From assembly GCF_023055435.1 (NCBI RefSeq), contig NW_025963824.1:22134001-22198000 (forward strand): DNA of 64,000 nucleotides, in the 5' to 3' direction. This document shows, one piece after another, positions 13,718 through 24,848 of this stretch. The first letter of the stretch is position 1, and every line of letters begins with the position of its first letter. The position numbers and the translations under genes are program-made. The notes under the pieces are model-generated. The model saw only the letters and a program-made list of their open reading frames with translations, did not search any database and had not been told where the DNA came from. Source of the stretch: Haliotis rufescens (taxonomy: Eukaryota).

Positions 13718-15882
13718 CGATACGACACCGTGATGTCAAGGAACGTACACCCTGACGTCTATCCAACGATACCACGATGTCAAGGAGAGTACACCTTGTC
13801 GTCTTTCACACGATGCCACGGTGTCAAGGAGAGGACACCCTGACGTCTATCACACGATGCCACGATGTCAAGGAGAGTACACCTTGTCGTCTATCACACG
13901 ATACCGCGATGTCAAGGAGAGTACACCTTGACGTCTATCACACGATACCACGATGTCAAGGAGAGGACACCCTGACGTCTATCCAACGATACCACGATGT
14001 CAAGGAGAGTACACCTTGACGTCTATCACACGATACCACGATGTCAAGGAGAGGACACCCTGACGTCTATCACACGATGCCACGATGTCAAGGAGAGTAC
14101 ACCTTGTCGTCTATCACACGATACCACGATGTCAAGGAGAGGACACCTTGACGTCTATCACACAATGCCGTGATGTCAAGGAGAGTACACCTTGACGTCT
14201 ATCACACGATGCCACGATGTCAAGGAACGTACACCCTGACGTCTATCTCACGATACCGCGATGTCAAGGAGAGTACATCTTGACGTCTATCACACGATGC
14301 CACGGTGTCAAGGAGAGTACACCTTGACGTCTATCACGCGATGCCACGATGTCAAGGAGAGTAAACCTTATTGTCTATCACACGATACCACGATGTCAAG
14401 GAGAGGACACCCTGACGTCTATCACACGATACCACGATGTCAAGGAGAGTACACCTTGACGTCTATCACACGATACCACGATGTCAAGGAGAGTACACCT
14501 TGACGTCTATCACACGATACCGCGATGTCAAGGAGAGTACACCCTGACGTCTATCACACGATACCACGATGTCAAGGAAAGTACACCTTGACGTCTATCA
14601 CAGGATACCACGATGTCAAGGAGAGGACACCCTGACGTCTATCACACGATACCACGATGTCAAGGAGAGTACACCTTGACGTCTATCACACGATACCACG
14701 ATGTCAAGGAGAGTACACTTTGACGTCTATCACACGATACCACGGTGTCAAGGAGAGGACACCCTGACGTCTATCACACGATACCACGATGTCAAGGAGA
14801 GTACACCTTGACGTCTATCACACGATACCGCGATGTCAAGGAGAGTACACCTTGACGTCTATCACACGATACCACGATGTCAAGGAGAGTACACCTTGAC
14901 GTCTATCACACGATACCGCGATGTCAAGGAGAGTACACCCTGACGTCTATCACACGATACCACGATGTCAAGGAGAGTACACCCTGACGTCTATCACACG
15001 ATACCACGATGTCAAGGAGAGTACACCTTGACGTCTATCACAGGATACCACGATGTCAAGGAGAGGACACCCTGACGTCTATCACACGATACCACGATGT
15101 CAAGGAGAGTACACCTTGACGTCTATCACACGATACCACGATGTCAAGGAGAGTACACTTTGACGTCTATCACACGATACCACGGTGTCAAGGAGAGGAC
15201 ACCCTGACGTCTATCACACGATACCACGATGTCAAGGAGAGTACACCTTGACGTCTATCACACGATACCACGATGTCAAGGAGAGTACACCTTGACGTCT
15301 ATCACACGATACCGCGATGTCAAGGAGAGTACACCTTGACGTCTATCACACGATACCACGATGTCAAGGAACGTACACCCTGTCGTCTATCACACGATAC
15401 CACGATGTCAAGGAGAGTACACCTTGACGTCTATCACACGATACCACGATGTCAAGGAGAGTACGCCCTGAAGTCTATCACACGATACCACGATGTCAAG
15501 GAGAGTACACCTTGACGTCTATCACACGATACCGCGATGTCAAGGAGAGTACACCTTGACGTCTATCACAGGATACCACGATGTCAAGGAACGTACACCC
15601 TGTCGTCTATCACACGATACCACGATGTCAAGGAGAGTACACCTTGACGTCTATCACACGATGCCAGATGTCAAGGAGAGTACACCTTGACGTCTATCAC
15701 ACGATACCGCGATGTCAAGGAGAGTACACCTTGACGTCTATCACACGATACCACGATGTCAAGGAACGTACACCCTGTCGTCTATCACACGATACCACGA
15801 TGTCAAGGAGAGTACACCTTGACGTCTATCACACGATGCCAGATGTCAAGGAGAGTACACCTTGACGTCTATCACACAATAC
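13718..15882. repeat. 44-bp minisatellite, ~49 copies
   Basis: Unit cacgatgtcaaggagagtacaccttgacgtctatcacacgatac. Confidence 0.97.
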
Positions 15883-15947
15883 GACAGTGTACGCCTTGAT
15901 CGCCATATATAATGTAATTTATACATTTTTATATATCACGTTGGGGC

Positions 15948-16092
15948 AAGTGTGTACGTTTTCACGCCGCTTTCAGCGATAATATAGCGAGGGACACCAG
16001 AAATAAGTTTAACACATTGTTCCCATATGTGGACTCGAACCCAGGTCTTGGTCGAGACGAGTGCACGCGTTAACCACCAAGCTATCCCCGCC
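15948..16092 (-). mobile_element. SINE family A, diverged copy
   Basis: Aligns by eye to 11409-11576. Confidence 0.75.
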
Positions 16093-17754
16093 GTTTCTTA
16101 GTAGCAAGTTTATGTCGGCAAACGAAAACAAGATTTTGGAAGTATTTCCTTAGGTCACAGATTTACTTAAAAGTTGTAAAGTGGGTAAATTGAAACATTA
16201 AATTAACTAACTAATGTTGCGTTTGTACAACATACTTGACCATAGGCATGCATATCTATTTGAAGAAATGAAAACTGTATTCGTTTTGTTCACACAACAG
16301 AAACCAATGCTCATATCCCTTTCTGTATGTTTACAGTTCACGCCCACTTCGAGGAGCGCCAAGAAGCGAGCAACCATTCTTTTCGTCCTGGTAAATTAAA
16401 AGGGGGGTAACTCCAGCAGAACGCGGGTAACGATCTCGCCGTCAATCAGCCGACAGGGGATTAGAGTGTCAGCTTGGCTGTCGTCTGCGCGTCCGGCGCG
16501 GTTCTCACTTCACACTGTATCAGACTGCCAAGCTATCTCCGGGCATCTGACCGGCGTTAGACGTCGGCAGGTCGCGCTCCGTATCTCAAGAGTCATTCAC
16601 ATATCTTCGTGAAGCACAGGTGACGGGATTACTCTCATGAATATTCTCATTAGGTCACATAATGTCTGATGAAAGGGTAGTCGGTGAAAGAATGCGGCTT
16701 TATGATGTTAATTTCTATTACTTTCCTTGAAATGTAATCACGATTATATCAAACATGGTGGTGTTTTAAGGGAAAAGAGGCATGTTTGTGTGTCGAAGAT
16801 AAAACTACATAATTACCTATAACTGCGCCTTGGAAGGTTGAAACACACGCTGACATATTCTGGTCATATACTGTAACTACTACCACTGTTAATAATAACC
16901 ATATCAGTGAGTGAAGTTTGTTTTGTGCCGCTGTCAGCTACATCCCAGCTGCAACACTGACCTCCATGTCAGTCTGATCTCACGACAAGCAGGGATGCTG
17001 ACAATATACGGCGTCTGAGAAACGCGTGTACGCAACTCTGCGTCAGTGATGTCCGAGGCAATTCCCAATGTTGACTTTTGAATTTTGATATGTTCCCGTG
17101 TTGTCTTTGTTTAGATTTGCTTTTGCATGTGTTTGTGACGGCTGCCTCCGGTGGGGCAGGATACGCTCACCTTTTCGCGAACACCTGGTATCCTCGCTAT
17201 GTGACATCACTCATGAAATAGTCGGAGTCGTACAGTGGACGCTGCTTTAAGAAGAATTTTTTATTGTTATGGAAATGTTTTTGTTTTTTTTTGTCGTTTT
17301 TATTCAACAAGAAAGTGGATGCGTTATTTCCCCAAGCCAGTTGAGGACGTTTGCAGCTATTCGAAGTCAAAGCAAGGTAGTTGGAATACTGCGAGGAATA
17401 CATGGACCAACAAATCGTCCTGAAATGTCTTCAACCAGAACAGTTTTCATCAATGTCCCTGCTGTTAAAATCTGTTCAAATGAATGTAACAGTCATATAC
17501 TAACAACCCACAACCGCGACAGTACATTTGTTCACACATCAACTGGTGCAGTTTTTGTTTTGTTATATATTTCAATATTCATCACACAAAGAAAATAGCC
17601 TCATAAAGCTAAAATTGACACACAAGTATGACACAAAAGTACGCGAGCATGAATAAATAATGTTTTCAGGCTATCGCGCCAGGTGACATAAAAAGTAACG
17701 ATAAAAATATCGAACTTTTTATTGAGTGTCGTATATAAATATTATAACGATTAT

Positions 17755-17929
17755 GTTGTTTATGTGTTGATTAACGCCGTACTAAATGATCTAGTCTGGA
17801 CCAGACAACCCAGTGATTGATGTCATGAGCATCGATCCACGCAATTGGGATACGACCTCAAAGTCAGGAGTCTGACCACCCGATTCCGTAAGCCGCATGG
17901 GTTCTTGCAGACCAATTCTAACACGGGTC
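17755..17929 (-). mobile_element. Family B, diverged/deleted copy
   Basis: gtctggaccagacaacccagtgattga core and cacgggtc end. Confidence 0.75.
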
Positions 17930-18824
17930 CTAAACCGTCCGGAAGCCCATCGGTGTATGATATATTTTTTTGTTCAAAATATTAATTAAAAGTGCTAGAA
18001 AATTTGCCGTAATCATGCTCAATGTGCTCGAGTGAAATCACATTTTTACTGACAGCGAGAAAATGGTAGTTGCTACCTTCAACTTCCGGTTTGGCATGGA
18101 CAGCGCTTACCCCTTGTGTCACATGATTCTGGCTCGTTCAAGGGACGAAGCTGTGCGCAACGCATTGCCGATTCTGAGGCGATCTGGTAACCTGTGCCAC
18201 CCCTGGTGGAAGTTTACAATTCAAAATCATAAAACAACATTTTGACACACATATTTTGTAGTTAAGCAAACTAATATAGTTGTCTAGAATCGGTGGTTGA
18301 TGATAGGAGACAAAAATATATTAAAACCAAGCATAAAATCTGCATCTTAATCCCAACATAGTTGATACCACCGCTTCAATGAGTTTGGATTAGAAGTATG
18401 TTTCTTTTGCACACGGTGTCGTGATTTCGACGCTGATATAGACCTATATCACTGAAGGGTAATAACGGACGCTAGTCCGCTAGTCCGGGACTAGTGGCAG
18501 ACTAACAGGGCTACATGTTGTGTCCCTGAACCTAGTTATGCTACATCAAAATACTGCTGAACTAGTTCCTGTCTTAGTTCCGCTGAAGAGAACAGTATGC
18601 AGTGCTGCTCCCCTTAGCAATGTCAGGATGCGCTGATTAATAATCACTAGCTTGACAGTTGCTTCCCGATTAGTCAATATGTTGTAGAAGGCATTAGCGA
18701 TTTGTGTGATAAGTGACCGACATCATGCATATTTGCTTCATTTAAAAATGAACAATTCGGAATTGCAAAAGGTGTCTCTGGAGTATATATATACTGTTTA
18801 GAATAAGTAAGCTGACGAATCTCG

Positions 18825-18950
18825 CCGGCTCCCCAAATAGCACAAGGCACTTCAACCCCTGGTTACAACCTGTACCAAGTGGATGAAAATTCTTTCGCGC
18901 TTTTCAAGTTATGCTCCGGAAACGAAATACGGACGACAGACAGACCAGAT
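18825..18950 (+). mobile_element. Possible Helentron-associated (HINE/DINE-like) fragment
   Basis: aagttatgctccggaaacg followed by a (gacg/gaca) microsatellite; pattern recognition only. Confidence 0.35.
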
Positions 18951-19559
18951 GATGACTTTATACGTATTTAAGCCATTGGGTTAACAATGAGTTGTGCTGT
19001 CATATCAACAGATAAACACTCATTATAAATGATAAATCTACCATGACACTGAAGAAATCTTCGTTCTGATTGGTCAAAACAGGATTAAGATAAAACGGTT
19101 TCAAATTCCATTTGCTACCTCTAAATTAACAAGCTTATTCACGCAAATTAACGTGCGTATGAATACATCTATCGATAGCCTACATATAACAATGGCTGCC
19201 GATAACCAAACGGAACTGTATACGTTCGGAACATTATCGGATGTTTTTGTCACTATTACTGGTACATCAAAAACAACAACATAAACACACAAAGAAACCA
19301 GATTGTATTAGATACATCTTCGTTTATAGCTAGAATAGAGTTGAAGCTGGACGCACGTGCGGTTACCGAACACCTCAAAGATATTTTACGTGCTCTTCTT
19401 CCACGTATCGAAAAAGAGGAAAAGGGAGCAGTAGAAGAAGATGTATTGTACATAAACACCCACAAGGGGGGGGGGGGGGGGGGGGTGTAAAAACATGAAC
19501 AGGACTTATAATGGAAAGTTACAAACATTGACATACACAATGGAAATACATAATTGCTA

Positions 19560-20400
19560 TGGTTAAGGTCTAGAGAGGAGATGCAGATTATCTTTGCATG
19601 AACATTTTGTAAATGAAGTAGGAGATACTTTTTGCAGAAGCCGCTGGTGGATTTGGTAGTATTGTATTTTAAGTGGTATTTGGTGCAAAGCTGAGGCGGT
19701 TGATGATATTAGTTCCAGTCTCAGATCTTTGTAGAGAGGGCTTTTCAACAGAAAGTGTTCCTCATCTTCTATTTCGTTTGTTTAACAGAAGGTACATATT
19801 CTTTCTGCTGATGGAGTGTTCAAGCATCTTCCTCTCTAAATTTAAAACCCGTGAGCACGGAGCCTTGTAGCCGCTTTGCGGTGTTCTAATGAGGTGGCTT
19901 CATTTCCAGTTTGTTTCCTATTGTCTGAGCTGATTGTCAGTTTCACTGAGGTATACGCAGTTGAACTTTTCATGCACAGTTTCCTTAAATTTTCCAGGAT
20001 AAATGTTATAGTGAGCCGGATCAGAGAAAAGATAGTTGAGTAGAATTTTTATTGAAGAGGTCCATGGGTTCACTAATCTTGTCTTCGTTGAAGGCGACAG
20101 TGAGTAATCTGCCATTCTTCAAATCTAATAGCCGAAGGTAATAGTTGTACATTGATAAGAATATTGTAATGTTCAGGGGATAGAGTCCGTGTTCTGCCAG
20201 ACAGCCGATGTTATACTTGTTCTCCGAGGAACTTCTAAATTTCCCTTTACAATGTTGAGAGTGAATGGATTTGCTTCCTGTTAGGCCAGTTTTGTAGAAC
20301 GTCCAGTGTTTGACTTGAGTGTCCAACACCTCCAAACCATGTGTTGCTGCTATTGGCTCCACCCGTGCTTCATGTAGACGTAATAAGGATATAATAGACG
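19560..20400 (-). mobile_element. Decayed non-LTR retrotransposon ORF2 C-terminal fragment (RTEX/CR1-L2-like)
   Basis: Translations CLAEHGLYPL..YYLRLL and GRCLNTPSAERICTFC*TNEIEDEEHFLLKSPLYKDLR (degenerate CCHC knuckle), with stops and frameshifts. Confidence 0.75.
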
Positions 20401-20423
20401 AAGAGGAATCCGTTGTAATATTA

Positions 20424-20677
20424 GGTTTGTTTGTTGTTTTAAGCCGCACTCAGCAATATCCAAGCTATAAGACGGTGGTCTGTAAATAATCGAGTCTTGA
20501 CCAGACAATCCAGTGATTGACATCATGAGCATCGCTCCACGCAATTGGGATCAATGACATGCATCAACCAAGTCAGTGAGCCTGACCAACTGATCCCGTT
20601 AGTCACCTTGTACGACACGCATAGTCGCCTTTTACGGCAAGCATGGGTTGCTGAAGACCTATTATACATCACGGGTC
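20424..20677 (-). mobile_element. Family B copy
   Basis: Full-length match to 4067-4326. Confidence 0.88.
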
Positions 20678-21231
20678 GCGGTAACAAGGGGAATATCTAG
20701 TTCCTGAGGTGAGGTGAGGTCAGGAGAAGTGGGGTTTAACGTCGCGTTGAAGATTATTGCACTTATTTTGCGACGTGCATGCGCGTATACAAACACTGTA
20801 TACTGACTCCGAGCCGACCAGTCCTTGTTTTATTCCCTTAATGCCGAGCGCCATCAGGGTAACAACAAGTACCATATTTATAAATGTGCATTAATCTTGA
20901 ACGCGACGTTCAATCCCACTTCACTTCACCTCACCTTTGTGTACAGCTACAGCTCCAACTCCAAATGCATCTTCCTGTATAGAGTCGCTCTATATATTAC
21001 TCCTGGTATACCCCAATAGCAGTTCGTATACTTTTGAGATCACACGACGTCATTACTGTTTCCAGGTATACCCAAGAATGCCTAGTTGGGGACACGTGAC
21101 AGTAGGTTGTATAAGCAGAGGTATATATCAGCTTGGCAGCTCGATGCACGTGCATTCCATGCATATCCAGGAACTGAACAATAATCTGTAACCACGGTCA
21201 GCTGGCTCAGAGCACAAAGACAAATCCAAAG

Positions 21232-21305
21232 CAGGTGAGGTGAAACAGGGTTTAACGTCGTGTTCAAGATTATTGCACTTACATCGGGTCGTGCATGTGT
21301 TTGTG

Positions 21306-21337
<32 letters not shown>

Positions 21338-21600
21338 TACGCCTACTCTTGTACTAGTCCGGACGATTGCCGGTTCTATAGTGCTTGCTCACTGAGATAC
21401 CATGCAGGAGTTTAACATGGATACCTCACTCAGAAACAGTATACTGACTCCACCCAACCAGTACTTTCAGCCCCTTAATGCCAAGCGCCAGACAGGGTAA
21501 CACGTACCATCGTTTAACGTCTTCTGGTATGATGTGACCGGGATTCTAACAACCGACCTGCTGCTCTCAGGGCAAACACTCTATCCACTAGACCAGGGAG
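21232..21600 (-). mobile_element. tRNA-derived SINE family D, Meta/MESC-domain-like, (ACCTC)n tail
   Basis: The tRNA-like head is followed by cataccagaagacgttaaacgatggtac...ctggcgcttggcattaagggg...ggagtcagtatactg, resembling the Meta-SINE central domain (from recall); internal (GCAC)n. Partial copy at 20705-20885. Confidence 0.7.
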
Positions 21601-22181
21601 GCTCAACGGTTTCTTTTAAGTTTCCGCGTTAATTCAAGCAGGTGAGGCGATATGAATTGTCTGGCAGGATTATATATGCTTGTTTTGTGCAACAATTTTA
21701 ATAGTCTGAGCATCCATCCACTCTGGTAGAACCATGGCACACAAGGTCGCAGTTGAGTGTTGGTTCTCAGTTAGGTTATCCACAATGTAGTGTAGTTTAT
21801 ATTCAACCTCATGATTCTGTTCTGATCAATTTCCTGGACAGGCTAGACGAGCTTGGGTTTGAGCCCCATTACACAATACTGAAAATAGCTGTCCACTCCA
21901 ATTACTCATGAGCAATGCTGGGATTGTGTATCAAAAGCATATATTCATTTCAGCTACAACTACCAAACCAGATATATTTTTATATTTAAAATTTGGGGCC
22001 TGGATTTTCAGTCTGGTACAGTGACACACACTGAGCCAGGTCACAGTTGAGATTTGGTTCTCATCAAGTCTTTCACTGGAGTATCCACACACCTTGGTTT
22101 AGCCACCATTCCTTATGGTATTGAACAATTGAGTAAACTACTTCAAGTAATCACAAGACAGGGCTTCTACGGGATGTACTG

Positions 22182-24819
22182 TTTATTACCAGTTAGATGC
22201 ATACTGTAGAAGGTACTTTACATTCAGCACAACCATTGGCAAGAAAACAAAAAGACTTCTAGCATATGTAGACTTGAGATGCATTGGACACCACACTCAG
22301 GGTGCAGGTAACAACCATCTTGGCCATCTTCCGCATGCCATTCAAAAAACAGTCACATATATTTCAGGCAAACCTTTTTTCCACAGGTGTTTGGTTGGAA
22401 GAGTAGCCTCATTCCACAGTGTCTTTCAACAAGCAATTTGAGATACCAAATTGTAGAATGATTTTTTTGTGTCAATAGTCATTCTATGATTGTTATAACT
22501 CCCAGCTCCAGGCCAAAAAACAAAAAGCAATGTTCCCCTATGTCAACTGACAAGGGCAGATAACTCAGACTGACTTTGGCCACGACAAACTGACAGTCTC
22601 CAACATTGCCATATGAAGCACATTCTACAATTGACAGCCAGAAATAATCATTGTAAGCCTTAAGTCTTTTGTTTTCTTAAAATCATACTTCTACAGAAAT
22701 GGTTTTGAGATTCTAAAAGAAGAAAGCATGTCTACAATAGGTAAGAAACATCAGTCAATACTCTTGATCTGGGCCTGTACACTTAACTGGAAGGCCCTGA
22801 GTATGGATATAACATGGTTTAATGAAGAAATGATAATGGTGAAGACAGCAAGTGAAGGGCGGAGTGATCTAATACTAAATATTCATCATCAGAACCCGAG
22901 ATCTCTGCAAGGCCAGTTCTTGCTACAGTGAAGTGGCAACCTGCACATTTGCTAAACTCTGTGACCACACATTCCACAGCCACACAACTTCTGGAGATGT
23001 TTCCAAAATGGTGGCACCAACATGCTACTCTGGAAAGTCAGTGCTGTCTACATATCTTCTTAAATATACTGGCTTTCAAAACCAAACACATACCCAGAAA
23101 TGTTAAGCAACATTGTTTTTCATGAAGGTAATACAGATATGCCAAGCGTAAAAAGAGCAAGAATGAGAAAACCTAACAGTACATAACTGTTTCTTCATCA
23201 CAGAGAAAACATGAATGAATATAGAGATACTTAACTCACAGACCAAAGACAGCTTAATAATGTAGAGTCAATATGAAAACTGCGTATTTACTGTTCAACT
23301 TGTGTTGATTGCACTATCCATTGCACTAAGAACCCTGATGGTGAGCTGGTGTGGGCAGGCCCTGCCCCGCCTTCAACACCACAGTCCGCCAGCACATGTA
23401 CAGTACATTAGGCAGTGCCACACCTCACTACATTTCCTTAACAGTGAATAACCTCATAATTTTGACATGAATTTTGAAAAAGAAAGAACTGAAAACGTAT
23501 GCTTGGTGTCATGGTTGGATTCATATGAAATTTATTTATAAAATATATAAAAAGTTGAGAAAGTTCATCAATTATGCCTATTGTAGTCTGTCATCATGCA
23601 TTGCACGTAACTGTACTGCTCTCCCCAGACCTGCCCACGCCGAAGGCAGCCAGACACTTCAAACACACTGACACATCAATGACATGGGCTGTCTGAAGCT
23701 TTGTATACACCAATACAAGTGGTTTGGACAGGCAATAAGCATGCATCATGTAAAATACATTATGACCTGTAGCCCTTGCGAGGAAACAGTTGGGTGTTAA
23801 AGTGGTTGGATGCACACATACACATAACTCTGTGTACAAAAAGTATTCATTTCTGTAACCAACATTTAATCACAAATGTATAATTTTAAAAATAGTTACA
23901 CATTTGTTTTATCTGTGTACACGCAATTGAGTAAATCATTACTAGAAATCGTCAAATAACATTAAAATTGTAAATAATAAAACATGCTGAACCTCTGGTT
24001 GAGAATAGTATCATTAGCATGATTAGAATGTTATTTTCTAATAAGTAAACAAAGTTTAAAAAAACAATTTGGTTCAAACGACATCCTATGCAACAATTGT
24101 AAAAGCTTAATATATGTAATATCTATGTACAGATATTGAAATGACCACAGCGCTCATCAGCTGTACCACACACGGCATTGGTCAGGGTTAAATCAAAGTC
24201 GCTATCACATTGTCATCACTGCTGCTAAATACTAAAAACAGCCTGATCCATGCCTATCTGAGATTAAACAAATTCCCAGGAATATCAGTAAGTTTGAATA
24301 TTAGATTATTTAGAGTGTGACTTCATAAATAAAGGCCGAAAATCATGATCTTCAAATACAGAACATCTTTCTTCTGGTTTAACAAGGTCTTGTTCAAACT
24401 CAAGACATAACCTTATTGTAATACACATAGCATGGCAATGGCTCAGCATTAGCATGTATAAATGAAAAATGATATCTACAAATCTATGCCCTATACAGAA
24501 ACTAATGAAGCAAATAAATAAAGTAGGCAGCAGGTAATATGAATAAAGAAATCCTCACAGAATCCTTCTTCAACAATGTTCAATGGGAGGTTACTCCAGA
24601 AAATCATCCAAGGGAGGGAACTCTGCACAATGCAAGCATGGTCGCACACAATCTACGAAGCATTACATAAAGTCTGAACATTCCTGTAATAGTGTGGTCA
24701 GGAACTGTTGTGAAGAAACTTGACTTTGTAATTCTTTTCTTCAAGAGTCTATCTGAATAGCCAATTTCTTTTAGGTTCTGGTCAATGACACCCTCTGGGT
24801 GTTCAGGCCGGTGAGGGCT
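22182..24819 (-). other. Probable tropomodulin 3' UTR with candidate poly(A) signals
   Basis: Unique AT-rich, CpG-poor sequence after the stop; AATAAA on the minus strand at 23531-23536 and 22182-22187. The true end is unknown. Confidence 0.45.
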
Positions 24820-24848
24820 TCATTCCTTTCCGGCACGTTTCTTACGTA
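24820..24848 (-). CDS. TMOD: Tropomodulin last coding exon (LRKKRAGKE*)
   Basis: Acceptor ttttgcag at 24849-50; the phase matches; basic RKKR C-terminus typical of Tmod, followed by TGA. Confidence 0.88.

Noticed and set aside
13718-15882. CRISPR-like array (palindromic repeat)
   Set aside because: Units are head-to-tail with no unique spacers, there are no cas genes, and the context is eukaryotic.
440-19090. Enrichment of TAATCC/GGATTA (K50 homeodomain) sites
   Set aside because: About 10 hits seen in ~19 kb, close to chance expectation for this base composition.
19466-19485. G20 homopolymer
   Set aside because: Simple low-complexity run with no supporting context.
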